Notes: a model not told the origin generated them from the letters alone. 63,877 nucleotides of DNA from a virus (IMGVR_UViG_3300009027_000001:1-63877), one strand, 5' to 3'; shown: positions 30,195-40,487, numbered from the stretch's first letter. Translations and numbers: made by a program.

Positions 30195-31782
30195 ACGGAA
30201 GGACAAATCAGGTCGGACCCAGTACTACAAGACCTGCCCCAAGTGCGGAGATCAAACCCTTCGCAGAGGTAACAAGGCGCAGTCAGGCAAGGTACGTTGG
30301 AATTGTCGTGGCACCACAGGTGATCGCCTGCACTGCTACTCGACGACCGACCCCAACAAACCGTACTCAGGTCGTAACAGCCGTAAGGATGCGGACAAAA
30401 ACCCACAGTTTCGCCGCAAATTAGGCGGAGTAAAACGCTTCGTCATAACAGCTGCACAGAACGCTACCCCTGTTCACGAACCATTCTTTATGTCACTTCT
30501 GACATACTGCAAGCATAACGATGCTGAATTGGTGGTGATTCCTCTCCGGTACAAAAATCCGACCTCGCAGTGGGTTGCATCGCAGGAGAACCTAGAATCG
30601 TGGGCCAGTGAACTACGCCCCTACCTCTACAACCAGCGCAAGAAACTCAATGAGAACCTTGTACTGCTCGGAGACATCAAGACGCAGCCCACCGCTGTCA
30701 ACCCCTTGCAGGGGTTCGAGAGCCTGACACACGGCGAGTCAGCGATCCTCGGACACACTAAACTGCAACTCGAAACCATCGCCACCCCATCCCACCGCTA
30801 CCCCAAGATCATTACCACCACCGGGGCAGTCACCATGCCGAACTATACGGACAGCAAGGCTGGCAAGAAAGGGGAGTTCCACCACGCTCTGGCCGCCGTC
30901 GCAGTAGACATCATCGGTAAGAAGTTCAGTATGAGACAGCTGAACGCAACCAAGGATGGGTCGTTTATCGACCTCGATGTTGCGTACCACGCAACAGATG
31001 TAAAGAAGGCACCAAGAGCATCAGCGCTGGTCTTCGGCGATACTCACCGAGCCGTCATGGACAAGACGGTAGAGAACGTCACGTTCGGGCCGGGGGGTAT
31101 GGTGGAGCAGCTTGACCCCGAACATCTGGTATTTCACGACCTCCATGACGGTAGCTCCACCAACCACCACACAAAGAACGACCCATTTGCTCAGGTGGCT
31201 AAGCGTGTGGACCTCCTCCATCTTGTCAGGGATGAAGTCATACAAGACGTCATGTGGCTGGCGCGTGTCTGTGCGGGGCGCTCAGGCGTTCTGGTGGCCT
31301 CCAACCACGATGATTTCCTAGCCCGGTGGCTGCGAGAGCAGGATTGGAGGCGCGACCCAGAAAATGCGGAGTTCTACCTAGAAACTGCACTACACCTTGT
31401 CCGAGAAGTCCGTCAGGGAAACGCCGTACCTCACCCGTTCACGTACTGGGTCGAACGATTGAAGAAGAACGCTCCCATCAGGTGTCTGAAACGTGATGAG
31501 AGTTTTGCGCTAAATAATGTCGAACTGTCGCTGCACGGTGACAAAGGGCCAAACGGAACAAGGGGTTCCAGAAAGAACTTGCGTCGGATCGGGGTCAAGA
31601 CCATCATAGGGCATAGCCACTCCCCCGGCATCGAGGAGGGGTGCTACCAGACCGGCACCAGCACCCCGCTGCGGCTGGACTACAACCAAGGCCCGAGCAG
31701 CTGGATGCACTGTCACTGTGTTCTGTACGCCAATGGCAAACGTAGCCTGCTGTTCATCATCGACGGAGAATGGCGACTGTGA
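30175..31782 (+). CDS. Zn-ribbon plus calcineurin-like metallophosphoesterase, T5 A1-like putative nuclease
   Basis: CPKC...C...C; ITAAQNATPVH; GDTH, HDLHDG, SNHD, LHGD.GPNG.RGS, GHSHSP. Confidence 0.7.
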   Translation: MANPTVKRKDKSGRTQYYKTCPKCGDQTLRRGNKAQSGKVRWNCRGTTGDRLHCYSTTDPNKPYSGRNSRKDADKNPQFRRKLGGVKRFVITAAQNATPVHEPFFMSLLTYCKHNDAELVVIPLRYKNPTSQWVASQENLESWASELRPYLYNQRKKLNENLVLLGDIKTQPTAVNPLQGFESLTHGESAILGHTKLQLETIATPSHRYPKIITTTGAVTMPNYTDSKAGKKGEFHHALAAVAVDIIGKKFSMRQLNATKDGSFIDLDVAYHATDVKKAPRASALVFGDTHRAVMDKTVENVTFGPGGMVEQLDPEHLVFHDLHDGSSTNHHTKNDPFAQVAKRVDLLHLVRDEVIQDVMWLARVCAGRSGVLVASNHDDFLARWLREQDWRRDPENAEFYLETALHLVREVRQGNAVPHPFTYWVERLKKNAPIRCLKRDESFALNNVELSLHGDKGPNGTRGSRKNLRRIGVKTIIGHSHSPGIEEGCYQTGTSTPLRLDYNQGPSSWMHCHCVLYANGKRSLLFIIDGEWRL

Positions 31783-32030
31783 AACACTACCATGTGGTAG
31801 AGGTCCGTTGGGAAGATGCGAGTATAGAAACACAAGATTTCACAAGGAAAGATGCAAAAAAGACCAAGCCGGTCATCCGATGGACAACCGGCTATCTGGT
31901 CGAGGAGAACGACGATACGCTTGTGCTCGCTACTGACTTCTACGAAGGCAAGAAGGAGGAGTTTGCTTCACCCATGCAGATTCCGTGGGGAATGATTCTC
32001 GAGTACTACAAGCGACCCTTATGGGACTAG
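31770..32030 (+). CDS. Small phage protein
   Basis: V.V.W.DA...T.G.LV.E......LA....IP.GMI pattern; GGAG RBS. Confidence 0.65.
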   Translation: MATVKHYHVVEVRWEDASIETQDFTRKDAKKTKPVIRWTTGYLVEENDDTLVLATDFYEGKKEEFASPMQIPWGMILEYYKRPLWD

Positions 32031-32167
32031 TCCTTGTCAACCTCTACGTCTTCGACAACTTCCTCGACTTCAACCACTGGTTCTTCAACCACTGGTTCCT
32101 CGACTACAGGCATAGCTTTCGGCTGTTTCCTGCGTTCCCATTCTTTTCTCAGTGTGCGACTCGGCAT
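32027..32167 (-). CDS. 46-aa basic/acidic protein (MPSRTLRKEW...EEPVVEEPVV...), not in the ORF track
   Basis: AGGAGAGG RBS; open frame to TAG at 32027. Confidence 0.6.
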   Translation of the reverse strand: MPSRTLRKEWERRKQPKAMPVVEEPVVEEPVVEVEEVVEDVEVDKD

Positions 32168-32176
32168 TGTCCTCTC

Positions 32177-32434
32177 CTAAATTGGACGATTTTTAGCGTC
32201 ACGTGCGTAGCTGCGGTTAGTCTTGCGGCTTACTACACGTGTGTTAGAAGTCGAACGGCTACCACCCTTCGACAGTGGAACTTTATGGTCTAGCTCTTTG
32301 CCATCACCCTTCTTGACCTTGCCTTCTCGTATGGCCTTGCGGCGTGCCTTGTTGCGGGCAGCACGATCTTTCTTCGCCTCGGGGGATGCGTGGTACTTCT
32401 CGTAGTACGCCTTACTTCTTTCTCTCTCGCCCAT
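32177..32434 (-). CDS. Small HNH-family protein
   Basis: DHKVPLSKGG....N.RVV....NR; TAATG coupling. Confidence 0.75.
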   Translation of the reverse strand: MGERERSKAYYEKYHASPEAKKDRAARNKARRKAIREGKVKKGDGKELDHKVPLSKGGSRSTSNTRVVSRKTNRSYARDAKNRPI

Positions 32435-32955
32435 TAGTCTACCCTGCGAAACGACCAAGCAGGGCCAGCGCCGTAGTTCCAGCGGAAGCTCTTGGGATCG
32501 TACCCTTCCCGCACATCTTTAGGGGTGCAGCGAAAGCCATACTTGGTGAAGTACCGCTTGCCGAACCAGTACCTACCGATGGACCCGTACTTACCCTGTT
32601 GCACGCGGTAGCCTTTATCGTTTTCATACACAAGTTTCATTTCTTCATGGTCATATTTGCATACGTGCCAGCTGTAGTTGCGGAGGCCGTCGCCACCATT
32701 GCGAAACGCATGGTACTGCCAGAAGCGCCAGAAGCTATGGTCGCCATCGTAGATGTTATCTGGGACACAGTTGTAGTCTACAGGCAACGCTCTGTAACCG
32801 CCGTACCAGTCTTCCGGGTTACACCAAGGAAGAAGTACCTTCGGCACATCACTGATGGGGGTCTTGCGGAACCACCACATGACGACAGGGACCACCACCA
32901 CGCCAGCGATGATGACAGGAATCTTACTCAGGTTTTGTAGGGTTGCGTACCACAT
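32434..32955 (-). CDS. Hypothetical membrane-anchored protein
   Basis: N-terminal hydrophobic stretch; Trp/Tyr-rich. Confidence 0.6.
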   Translation of the reverse strand: MWYATLQNLSKIPVIIAGVVVVPVVMWWFRKTPISDVPKVLLPWCNPEDWYGGYRALPVDYNCVPDNIYDGDHSFWRFWQYHAFRNGGDGLRNYSWHVCKYDHEEMKLVYENDKGYRVQQGKYGSIGRYWFGKRYFTKYGFRCTPKDVREGYDPKSFRWNYGAGPAWSFRRVD

Positions 32956-33205
32956 GATCCAACTTCTTCAGCCGCTTCAACTCCCGTTGAGCATACCAGA
33001 TAATCTTGTTCAGATCATATTCCTTACTGGTGTTGGCTTTGTGGCCGTAACGATAGCACGCTTTGAAGATGTTGGCCATCGCAAAGTTCATGTCCCGGTA
33101 CTCGATGAGGTCCTGCATTTCCTTGGCACCGGGGGGCAGTTGGTAGTAGTCGGACGACCACCCTGTAACGTCAGATTGCGTTTTCAATTTTCTATTTTTT
33201 GACAT
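32924..33205 (-). CDS. DUF3310-like protein
   Basis: YY.LP...E..DLIE...NF...N.FK..YR.G.K....DL.K..WY. Confidence 0.7.
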   Translation of the reverse strand: MSKNRKLKTQSDVTGWSSDYYQLPPGAKEMQDLIEYRDMNFAMANIFKACYRYGHKANTSKEYDLNKIIWYAQRELKRLKKLDHVVRNPTKPE

Positions 33206-33230
33206 TTTAATAGTGGGCCTTTAATGCACC

Positions 33231-36038
33231 TTAAAGCTGCACTTCATAAAGACGGGTTCTGGGCAGGTCACTGTTAGCGCCTATACCAAATATGGTATAC
33301 ATCATAGTCCCGCTGATTTCGTTCTTGAACTGCTTTTCGATGGACGAGAAGCTGATGTTGTGTGACGCTTTCAGCCACCTGTGAAAGTCGTGGACGGTGA
33401 AGCGGTAGGTGTCGTTCTCGCCTTTTATAATCATCAACTTTCCGGTTTTCGAGGGTTGCAGGATCACCGGGTCTTTCGTGTAGCGGCCCGGTTTCGGGAA
33501 CTGGTCAACGACCATCATATCGGCTTGGTGCTGCTGTAGGTAAGCGATGACGAGTTCTCGAGCAGACGCAGCTGCGAGCGAGTGACCTGTGCGAGTACGC
33601 AGTACCGTAACCCTGTCCAGAAGATACCGTTTCAGGGTTTTGGTGTCGATGGAGACGATACCGGCCTTTTTCGCAACAGCTGCACCAACTAGAAGGGCAG
33701 CGATAGTTGCACACCAGAACCTCTCTCCTTCTCGGAAATTGTGATCGGCATACAGACTTTGATATGTTTTCTGAACAGCCTGCTCCAAAGCCCCATGTTT
33801 GGTACTGATATATTCTGCAAAACGAAGTCCAGCGTGTCCGTAGTTCGAGTCCAGCAGTCCGAACATGGCGTTACGCGAAGCCCGAGTCGGGTCATTAAAG
33901 GGATCGACTTCAACCTCAAATGTTCGCGCTGTTGCGGCGTCAGAAGCCCCTCCAAGTCCGCCCATATAATCGAAGATACTCTCATTGCTGGCTCCTATGA
34001 CCATCGTCTTCCAGTCAGCGACTTCACGCAACTCAGCGTTCGTGGTAAGGCGTGTGCGCTCCTTCCCCTGTGCAATATCGAAGGCTGTCTTGTAAAAATT
34101 CTCGAGAGCGCCTTCACCACGTATCTCGTCCCAATACACCGGCAGGTTCTTCAGGAACGCTGTCTTGTTGATGATCGAGAGGTAGGTATCGCTGGTGGAG
34201 TTCATACCCTTGGTCGGGGACCCCCAGACCGCCTGTGCCGTTTTCAGCACGGACGACTTTCCAAGCCCTGACTCATTACTGACGATTGTGAGCATGGCAC
34301 CGGGCATACCAGTGAATCCAAACAGCGGCGCAGCAAAGGCAGAAGCGAGGATCGTCGTGAAAGCGGGGTTATTCTGGTCAGCGACGAAATCAGCCGACTC
34401 CTTCCAGTTCTCAAAGTCACCGTTGCACTGATAGTGCCGGGCAATTTCCCTATACTTGGATGCAACCCGCACACCGGCCTCTTTCGTGCCGTTAGCCATG
34501 AACGAAGTCGTGCCAGCGGTGAAACCAATAATCTTGATATTCTCGTCATCGGTACGCTGCTCAATCCAGCCGAGACGAGATACGGCGTTACCGACTTGGC
34601 GTTTTTTCTGTATCTCCTGAAGCCATGTACTCATAAGTTTATTCCAATGCACAAGTTCGGGCTGCTCAAGCGGGCAACCGTTCGACGCCAGTTCCTTTTT
34701 CAGCGAAACCGTGTCGCCGAGTAGCCTAGCATCCATTTCGATACTGATAGGTGTCGAGCCTGCGAGCCTAGACGCCACCGTGATGTTGTACTGGTTACTT
34801 ACAATGTCTCGTGACGCGCCTTGCATTTCCCACGTGCGGTTCAGCACCTTTTCCCAGAGGAACTGCTTGGTGCCGGGGTCGAACATCTTACGCTCCATAC
34901 CCAGATCGCCCTCGATGGGACGCCACGTTTTCAGCGGGAACTCTTTTCCTTCAGCTGTTACAACTTCTTCTTCGCCTAGGCTCAGCGGTGTCTTGACGCT
35001 CCCCCGGTGTGGACATGCTTTGCATACTTCTGGTCGAAAACTGGCGAAGGTGTCACAGAGTGTTGGCCCGGCATCGTTCTCCAACCGTTGGTTCCACTTC
35101 TCTGTTGTGTCTTCGGGAGTGTAGTCGGGGTGTCCTTCTGAGAGAGCGTGGTAGTAGAGTTCACCATCCGCACAGTGCTTTGCAAGTTGGAGGCAAGCAA
35201 CCCACTCGGGTTCAGAGCAATCCTCTCCGTTAGTTTGTAATACATGGGCGAGTACGCCGCACTTTTTGGCGATGTTGGGGACGAAACTTTCCACAGTCCG
35301 TCCAGCCACACCATTTGATAGCTCAGTAAGCCCGTTGTGAAGCCCGCGAAGGTAGTCGGGCACATTCCCGTGAATGTCCAGCTGTCCACTCGCTCCACCT
35401 GTTCCGAGAAGGGCCGCTTCCAAGTCTCGGGGGTCAAACAGCTTCCCAGACCAATGCAATGCTTTGACTGCCTTGGGGTCATTGCTGTCTTTAAGATTTC
35501 GGGTTCCAACAGGGCGTAGTACTCGGGCCGGGTCAGCTGTACATGTGGGGTCGGCAGGTAAGCCGTGAGCCGCCGCTTCATTTTTGAGAGCGCGAGCCAG
35601 TTCTTCCCATCGAGAACGCGCAATAGGAACTTCAAGAGGCCAGTATACATGGATGCCATTCCCAGAGTGGACGAGGATTGACGGTGCGGGCATCCTCGTC
35701 GCGTTACAAAACTCACGGAGAGCGGCGACTACTTCCGTGGGGTTCGACAGCCCGCCTTTGAAGTCGATGTCGAACCACAGCGCCTTGATCTGATGTACGT
35801 TATCACGTGTCCTGAGTTGGTTCTTACCAGTTTTCGGGTTCTCGTGCCAGCCTTGCTGGTAGCTACCCATTGCGTAGAATACGTTGAAGCCTGACTTCGC
35901 AGCCTTGATCGTCGCCTTTTGCAACTCAGCGTGGTCGTTACACACCACGTGCTGCATACCCTTGTTGGAGAGAAAAGCGAGTATCAGCTTCCCATCGTCA
36001 GCAGGGACTACAGCATTATAGAATTCCGATAGATTCAC
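33231..36038 (-). CDS. Primase-helicase (RepB/AEP-type primase N-terminus, DUF927-type helicase C-terminus)
   Basis: WFDIDFK, SGNGIHVYW, D.ARVLRPVGT.N.K, Cys cluster, Walker A SGLGKS, WDE. Confidence 0.85.
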   Translation of the reverse strand: MNLSEFYNAVVPADDGKLILAFLSNKGMQHVVCNDHAELQKATIKAAKSGFNVFYAMGSYQQGWHENPKTGKNQLRTRDNVHQIKALWFDIDFKGGLSNPTEVVAALREFCNATRMPAPSILVHSGNGIHVYWPLEVPIARSRWEELARALKNEAAAHGLPADPTCTADPARVLRPVGTRNLKDSNDPKAVKALHWSGKLFDPRDLEAALLGTGGASGQLDIHGNVPDYLRGLHNGLTELSNGVAGRTVESFVPNIAKKCGVLAHVLQTNGEDCSEPEWVACLQLAKHCADGELYYHALSEGHPDYTPEDTTEKWNQRLENDAGPTLCDTFASFRPEVCKACPHRGSVKTPLSLGEEEVVTAEGKEFPLKTWRPIEGDLGMERKMFDPGTKQFLWEKVLNRTWEMQGASRDIVSNQYNITVASRLAGSTPISIEMDARLLGDTVSLKKELASNGCPLEQPELVHWNKLMSTWLQEIQKKRQVGNAVSRLGWIEQRTDDENIKIIGFTAGTTSFMANGTKEAGVRVASKYREIARHYQCNGDFENWKESADFVADQNNPAFTTILASAFAAPLFGFTGMPGAMLTIVSNESGLGKSSVLKTAQAVWGSPTKGMNSTSDTYLSIINKTAFLKNLPVYWDEIRGEGALENFYKTAFDIAQGKERTRLTTNAELREVADWKTMVIGASNESIFDYMGGLGGASDAATARTFEVEVDPFNDPTRASRNAMFGLLDSNYGHAGLRFAEYISTKHGALEQAVQKTYQSLYADHNFREGERFWCATIAALLVGAAVAKKAGIVSIDTKTLKRYLLDRVTVLRTRTGHSLAAASARELVIAYLQQHQADMMVVDQFPKPGRYTKDPVILQPSKTGKLMIIKGENDTYRFTVHDFHRWLKASHNISFSSIEKQFKNEISGTMMYTIFGIGANSDLPRTRLYEVQL

Positions 36039-36093
36039 AGTCGTCGCCAGTAAAAAGGACCGGGGGCAGATAGCCCACCCCCGGCCAAGCTAC

Positions 36094-37152
36094 TCAACTG
36101 CTCAAGATGCTGTCGAGCATTGCGTCGAAGTCCTCACCGCCAGCCGGGGGATTGGCTTTAGCGGGTTCCGAGGGGGCCTCGTTACTCGGACTAGACTCAG
36201 GCGGCGCAACTGGTGCCGGGGCAGGTGCAATCTCATCGACCGTCTCGGCCTGTGCTGCTGCCTGCTCCTGTGCGACTGCGGTTTCCTCTACTGGTACCGG
36301 CTTCGGCTTAGCCTTCGCGGGAGCCGGGGTAGGTGCTTCTGGTGCAGCAGGCGCGACCGCTGCCCCTGCCTCGCTACCTTCCCCGGTATTTCCCGCGTCA
36401 GCGTACTCCGCCGACTCATTGAGAACTCGTTTGGCTTCTTCCGACTCGCGCAGTTCGGACGACGCCTTGAACTCATCTTCATTGAGGAAACGAAGACCTT
36501 TGAAGGTAAACTTCGGGTACGCTGCTTCAGCGTCGAAGCCTATCTTCGTTGCCAGAACGTAGTACGGGATGCCCTTCGGCTTCAGTACACGTTCGGCGTA
36601 ATCTTTGAGGGGGTTCAGTGACGCAGGCGGTACACGCAGCAACATCACATCAACGTCTTTCGGGTCACGTTTACCAGCTGCGACTTCTTCCAGCTGATAC
36701 AAAAAGGCAACCGCGACTCGGCGGACGTCCTGACAAGCCTTCGTTGACTTGCCTTGGTCAGTCTGTTTGGAACCCCAGACATTCATCGGGCAGCTGGCGC
36801 ACAGTTCATGTACCTTTTGTGGTACACCTGAGTCCGGGCGCACACCGTCGCTCGACCAGCAATCAGGCTTGCTGTTATCACCCTCGGCGTAGCTACCTTT
36901 GTAGTACGTCTTCGAGGGCAGGTTGTTCGAGCGCAGCATCACTACTTCGAGGCTCGGCATCGGGTCGCCATCGGCGTTCAGATACGGCTGCGTTTCGCCA
37001 CCGGACTTGACCTTCCAGACCTTGCCTTTGTAACTGATGACCGGGAACCCGGACGATACGCCACCGGACAGTTCATCAAATACTTCCTGACCGACGACCC
37101 CTTGTAGATGTGCAGGCAGTTGTGCTGCTGTAGTTGTAAGGTCATTACTCAC
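36094..37152 (-). CDS. Putative ssDNA-binding/annealing replication protein
   Basis: PDCWSSDG.RPD, C..CP.N..GS, KAC; Pro/Ala linker and acidic tail; located in the replication cluster. Confidence 0.55.
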   Translation of the reverse strand: MSNDLTTTAAQLPAHLQGVVGQEVFDELSGGVSSGFPVISYKGKVWKVKSGGETQPYLNADGDPMPSLEVVMLRSNNLPSKTYYKGSYAEGDNSKPDCWSSDGVRPDSGVPQKVHELCASCPMNVWGSKQTDQGKSTKACQDVRRVAVAFLYQLEEVAAGKRDPKDVDVMLLRVPPASLNPLKDYAERVLKPKGIPYYVLATKIGFDAEAAYPKFTFKGLRFLNEDEFKASSELRESEEAKRVLNESAEYADAGNTGEGSEAGAAVAPAAPEAPTPAPAKAKPKPVPVEETAVAQEQAAAQAETVDEIAPAPAPVAPPESSPSNEAPSEPAKANPPAGGEDFDAMLDSILSS

Positions 37153-37538
37153 GATTCTTTACCTCTGCGAATACCGATTTGGGTGGATGCGGTGAACTTG
37201 ACGCCGGGTACTTCCACGCCTTCGTCCAGTAACTCTTTAATGATCTTCTTGTTGGCACGAATGTCCATCGCCTCGAACTTGCGATTCTTGATTGCAAACT
37301 TGAAGAACTCGTCACGGTCTTTCACCGTAGCGCTGGTGCGTTCGATCTTGTAGATCGTTCCGGCGTCGGTGTTAGCCGAGTTGCTGCCGGAATCGTTCAG
37401 GTGTACAGCGAACTCCGACTCGAGTTTCGCCATCGCCTGCTTTACGCGATCCATACTGTTGTTAAATTCTTTTTTCGCTTCGTCAAGGTAGTCCCGAAGC
37501 TGGACGTACTGCATGATTTTTTGGTTTAGGTCTGTCAT
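37149..37538 (-). CDS. Hypothetical replication-cluster protein
   Basis: N-terminal coiled coil and C-terminal VPGV motif; ATGA coupling. Confidence 0.65.
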   Translation of the reverse strand: MTDLNQKIMQYVQLRDYLDEAKKEFNNSMDRVKQAMAKLESEFAVHLNDSGSNSANTDAGTIYKIERTSATVKDRDEFFKFAIKNRKFEAMDIRANKKIIKELLDEGVEVPGVKFTASTQIGIRRGKES

Positions 37539-37948
37539 GTTCTAATCTCCACTTCTCTGCCACTGGCATCAACGATAGTTGACTTGCGGCCCTTCAGCGT
37601 TCGCGCTGCCTCTGTCTTCAGCACTTCCTTCGGCTTCTCACCAAGTACCTTTTCAGCGTTGGCTGTAAGGGTGGCGAGGCCGATTCGAGCGCGTATAAGT
37701 AGAGACAGTCGTGAGTCATGGAGTGTCGTCATGTAGCGAATGAACTGATCCAGTTCGTGACGCTCACAGGTCATCACCACTTCATCAGCCTTCTTCATGC
37801 CACGTGTCATTATCTCTGTGGCTTCGAGCATCTTTGCGAACGCATAGACACCATCTTTGTCGCCGGAATGGACAGAAGTGCGTAGGGCAAGAGCAGCTAC
37901 TACACGCTTCAGCTTCCAGCGATAAAACCATTGCTTCATTCGTTTCAT
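37535..37948 (-). CDS. Hypothetical protein
   Basis: ORF in the operon; ATGA coupling. Confidence 0.6.
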   Translation of the reverse strand: MKRMKQWFYRWKLKRVVAALALRTSVHSGDKDGVYAFAKMLEATEIMTRGMKKADEVVMTCERHELDQFIRYMTTLHDSRLSLLIRARIGLATLTANAEKVLGEKPKEVLKTEAARTLKGRKSTIVDASGREVEIRT

Positions 37949-37957
37949 TTTATCGCC

Positions 37958-39508
37958 TTAGTTGTCGTTAAACATGTCGAGGAGAGCGCCCTGTAGACGA
38001 GCTTTCTGCCTCAAACGGGAATACAGCTTACGCTCGATTGCTGTGCCAGTCAAATGAATTACAAGGGTTTTATGTTCTTGACCGGGGCGGGTGATTCGGG
38101 CGTTCGCTTGTTCGTAAATCTCGAGTGATGTGGTAGGTGTGAACCAAACAATCGTGTTGGCAGCGGTTAATGTTAGGCCGTGAGCCATGCACTGAGGATG
38201 GGCAATTAACAGCTGTTTTTCAGGGCTGTCCTGAAACGTGTTGAAGATGTCGTTACGGTAGCCCATCGGAGTTCCTCCGTGAACTATTGCGGCGTTCGTC
38301 TTCTTCAGCACACGAGCATACAACTCCTCCGTGGAGTGCTTGAAGTTCGTGAAGCAGATGACCTTGCCAGCTGCCTGTTCATAAATGTCGATGAGTTCTT
38401 GAACTCTGTTCTTGTTGTCGAGTCTAACCACGCCCTTGTCCTGCGTGTATACCCAACCACAGCTGATTTGTAACAGCTTTGAGAAAAGCACACCTTCGTT
38501 CGCTGCCGTCACCGTCCCCTCTTGGAAGGCTAGCTTCAGCTTCTTCACCATGTTGTCGTAGGTGTCCTTCACCTGTTTAGAAGGTGTGACCTCAATGTCC
38601 TTGTAGGTAGTCTCGGGGAGTTCCACGCAATCGTCACGCTTGAACCGAACAGCTGGCTGCAACATGGCGTAAACCTGATCGTTGGCATCGGGTTTCGGCA
38701 CCCACCTGAACTCGGTGATCTGCGTCATGGTGCGACGGATGAACTCTTTCTTGTAGGGTGTGGCCCTGTTGGGGGTGAGTAGCTTCGCCAGCCCCCACGC
38801 ATCAGGTGGCTCGTTAGGAGTTGGCGATCCGGTCAGACCCCAGACATAGGGGGTGTTGCGTATCACGCTACGCGCAGCCTTCCATAACTCTGTGCTGGCA
38901 TTCCTGAAGGTCGCTACTTCGTCAATAATCACAACGTCATACTTCTGGTCGATCAACTGCTGCCGCATCATCTTCAGACCGTCATGGTTGATGATGTGGA
39001 TTTTGGCGGCGGCGTTATCACGGAGCAGCGCGAGCCGTTTCTTACGCACCGGGTGATGCAGGATCACGGTAGACAGGTGCATGAAGTACCGGAATATCTC
39101 TTTGTCCCACACCTGTGTCAGAGTAGAGAGCGGTGCAACGACGAGCACCTTCTCGATCTGGTTCTCTTTGAACATGTGGTCACAAGCATACAGAGCAGCG
39201 CGTGTCTTACCCGTACCCATTTCGGACAGGACGTAGGCACGAGCCTGCATGGTGAGCAGCGCGGCGGTTGTTTTTTGGGTGGAAAAAGGTGGGGGATCGG
39301 AGGGCCACTCGTACTGCGACAATACAGGTGCCGGTACTTTGTAGCCCATGTTACGTGCGAGGCGGGTTGTTTCCGTATTGTGTGGATACGCCATAACGCG
39401 CTGCCCCCGGAAGTCTACCATTCTGCCGGGAACGAGAGCAGACAATCCCTCATCAGGAGGAATAAGGAATTCTTTGCTTGCTTTGACGACTACGGGTTGA
39501 GCAGCCAC
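37958..39508 (-). CDS. SNF2-family (SF2) helicase
   Basis: MGTGKT, IIDE, LTGSP, HGLTLT, QANARITRPGQ. Confidence 0.9.
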   Translation of the reverse strand: MAAQPVVVKASKEFLIPPDEGLSALVPGRMVDFRGQRVMAYPHNTETTRLARNMGYKVPAPVLSQYEWPSDPPPFSTQKTTAALLTMQARAYVLSEMGTGKTRAALYACDHMFKENQIEKVLVVAPLSTLTQVWDKEIFRYFMHLSTVILHHPVRKKRLALLRDNAAAKIHIINHDGLKMMRQQLIDQKYDVVIIDEVATFRNASTELWKAARSVIRNTPYVWGLTGSPTPNEPPDAWGLAKLLTPNRATPYKKEFIRRTMTQITEFRWVPKPDANDQVYAMLQPAVRFKRDDCVELPETTYKDIEVTPSKQVKDTYDNMVKKLKLAFQEGTVTAANEGVLFSKLLQISCGWVYTQDKGVVRLDNKNRVQELIDIYEQAAGKVICFTNFKHSTEELYARVLKKTNAAIVHGGTPMGYRNDIFNTFQDSPEKQLLIAHPQCMAHGLTLTAANTIVWFTPTTSLEIYEQANARITRPGQEHKTLVIHLTGTAIERKLYSRLRQKARLQGALLDMFNDN

Positions 39509-39819
39509 GCCAGTAACTCCGATTCCCCCGAAAAGGAACCATCATGGTCATAGTATTCTTCCCCAACGACGAGCGTCTTACCGCCTGCATCCCTAATGTT
39601 TTCCATCGTCAGGATTTGTCGGGGTGTGGGGTGTTTGCCGGGGCGCTTTGTCTCGATGCCGAGGAAGCGTCCATTGTGGCAGACATGAAAGTCTACGCCG
39701 GGAGCGCCATGCCCACGCTGGACAGGCATGTGCCACCATGCGCCGTGGTTTCGTAACATGCGTTTGACACGTTCTTTTACAGTCTTCTCGAGGATGTCTT
39801 TCGGGTCACGGTTTTTCAT
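39490..39819 (-). CDS. VRR-NUC domain nuclease
   Basis: E..V, G..D, F.GIETK.PG..PT.RQ, AGG. Confidence 0.85.
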   Translation of the reverse strand: MKNRDPKDILEKTVKERVKRMLRNHGAWWHMPVQRGHGAPGVDFHVCHNGRFLGIETKRPGKHPTPRQILTMENIRDAGGKTLVVGEEYYDHDGSFSGESELLAWLLNP

Positions 39820-40487
39820 CAGTCTCTCTCGTACCATTCAGGGCAGGATTTCACAGGGCAGTAGCCACACAGGGGTGTCGGGTTCAGCGGCCAGTCGCCG
39901 GTCTTCTCTGCCTCATCAATAGCAGCGGCGCGAGGCATGAAGTCCAGCCACACCTGTTTCAGTTGGTCTTTGTGGATCGTTTCTCTGGTGAACTCGTTGT
40001 CCTTGAGCCACGCATAGACCAGCACGAACTGTTCTATCTCCGGCATCAGGCGTGACAGGATCGCTGCGGCCAGCTTCAGCTGATCGAAGCCCGGCTTCTG
40101 CTTGCCTGTCTTCCAGTCAATGACGAACGCGATTGTCGAGTTATCGGAAAGCAGTAACAAGTCGAGGACAGCACGTACCCATGCGTCCTTGGCGAAGAAG
40201 TCTACGGGCTGTAGCTTGTGGTTGAGGCACAGGCGCATTTCGCCATACCTCTCGTCGTGCGGTAGCGACATTGCTCTGTCGGCACTGCCCTGCATGTGAC
40301 GCAGCTGTACCGGAAGTGGTACACCCTCCATCACGTACTTGAACAGCGCGTCGTGGACGAACTTACCGTCAGCCTGCCACTGGTTGTCAGGTTCCTTAAC
40401 GTCCTTCTTTACTTTCAGGTGGTAGAACTTCTTGCGGCACTTCTCGAACATATCGAGAGCGCTGAATGACCATGCACGCTTTTTCAT
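39819..40487 (-). CDS. PD-(D/E)XK (Cas4/RecB-like) exonuclease
   Basis: WSFS.L..FE.C, IDWKTGK, QLKL, C.YCPV..C. Confidence 0.85.
   Translation of the reverse strand: MKKRAWSFSALDMFEKCRKKFYHLKVKKDVKEPDNQWQADGKFVHDALFKYVMEGVPLPVQLRHMQGSADRAMSLPHDERYGEMRLCLNHKLQPVDFFAKDAWVRAVLDLLLLSDNSTIAFVIDWKTGKQKPGFDQLKLAAAILSRLMPEIEQFVLVYAWLKDNEFTRETIHKDQLKQVWLDFMPRAAAIDEAEKTGDWPLNPTPLCGYCPVKSCPEWYERD

Noticed and set aside
31985-32293. 102-aa plus-strand ORF with FNHWF repeats
   Set aside because: The minus-strand 46-aa ORF and HNH gene have good RBS/coupling and explain the repeat
34982-35716. 244-aa alternative-frame ORF inside the primase-helicase (likewise 21769..22416 inside the giant gene)
   Set aside because: No clear RBS or motifs; such shadow ORFs are expected in GC-rich coding DNA
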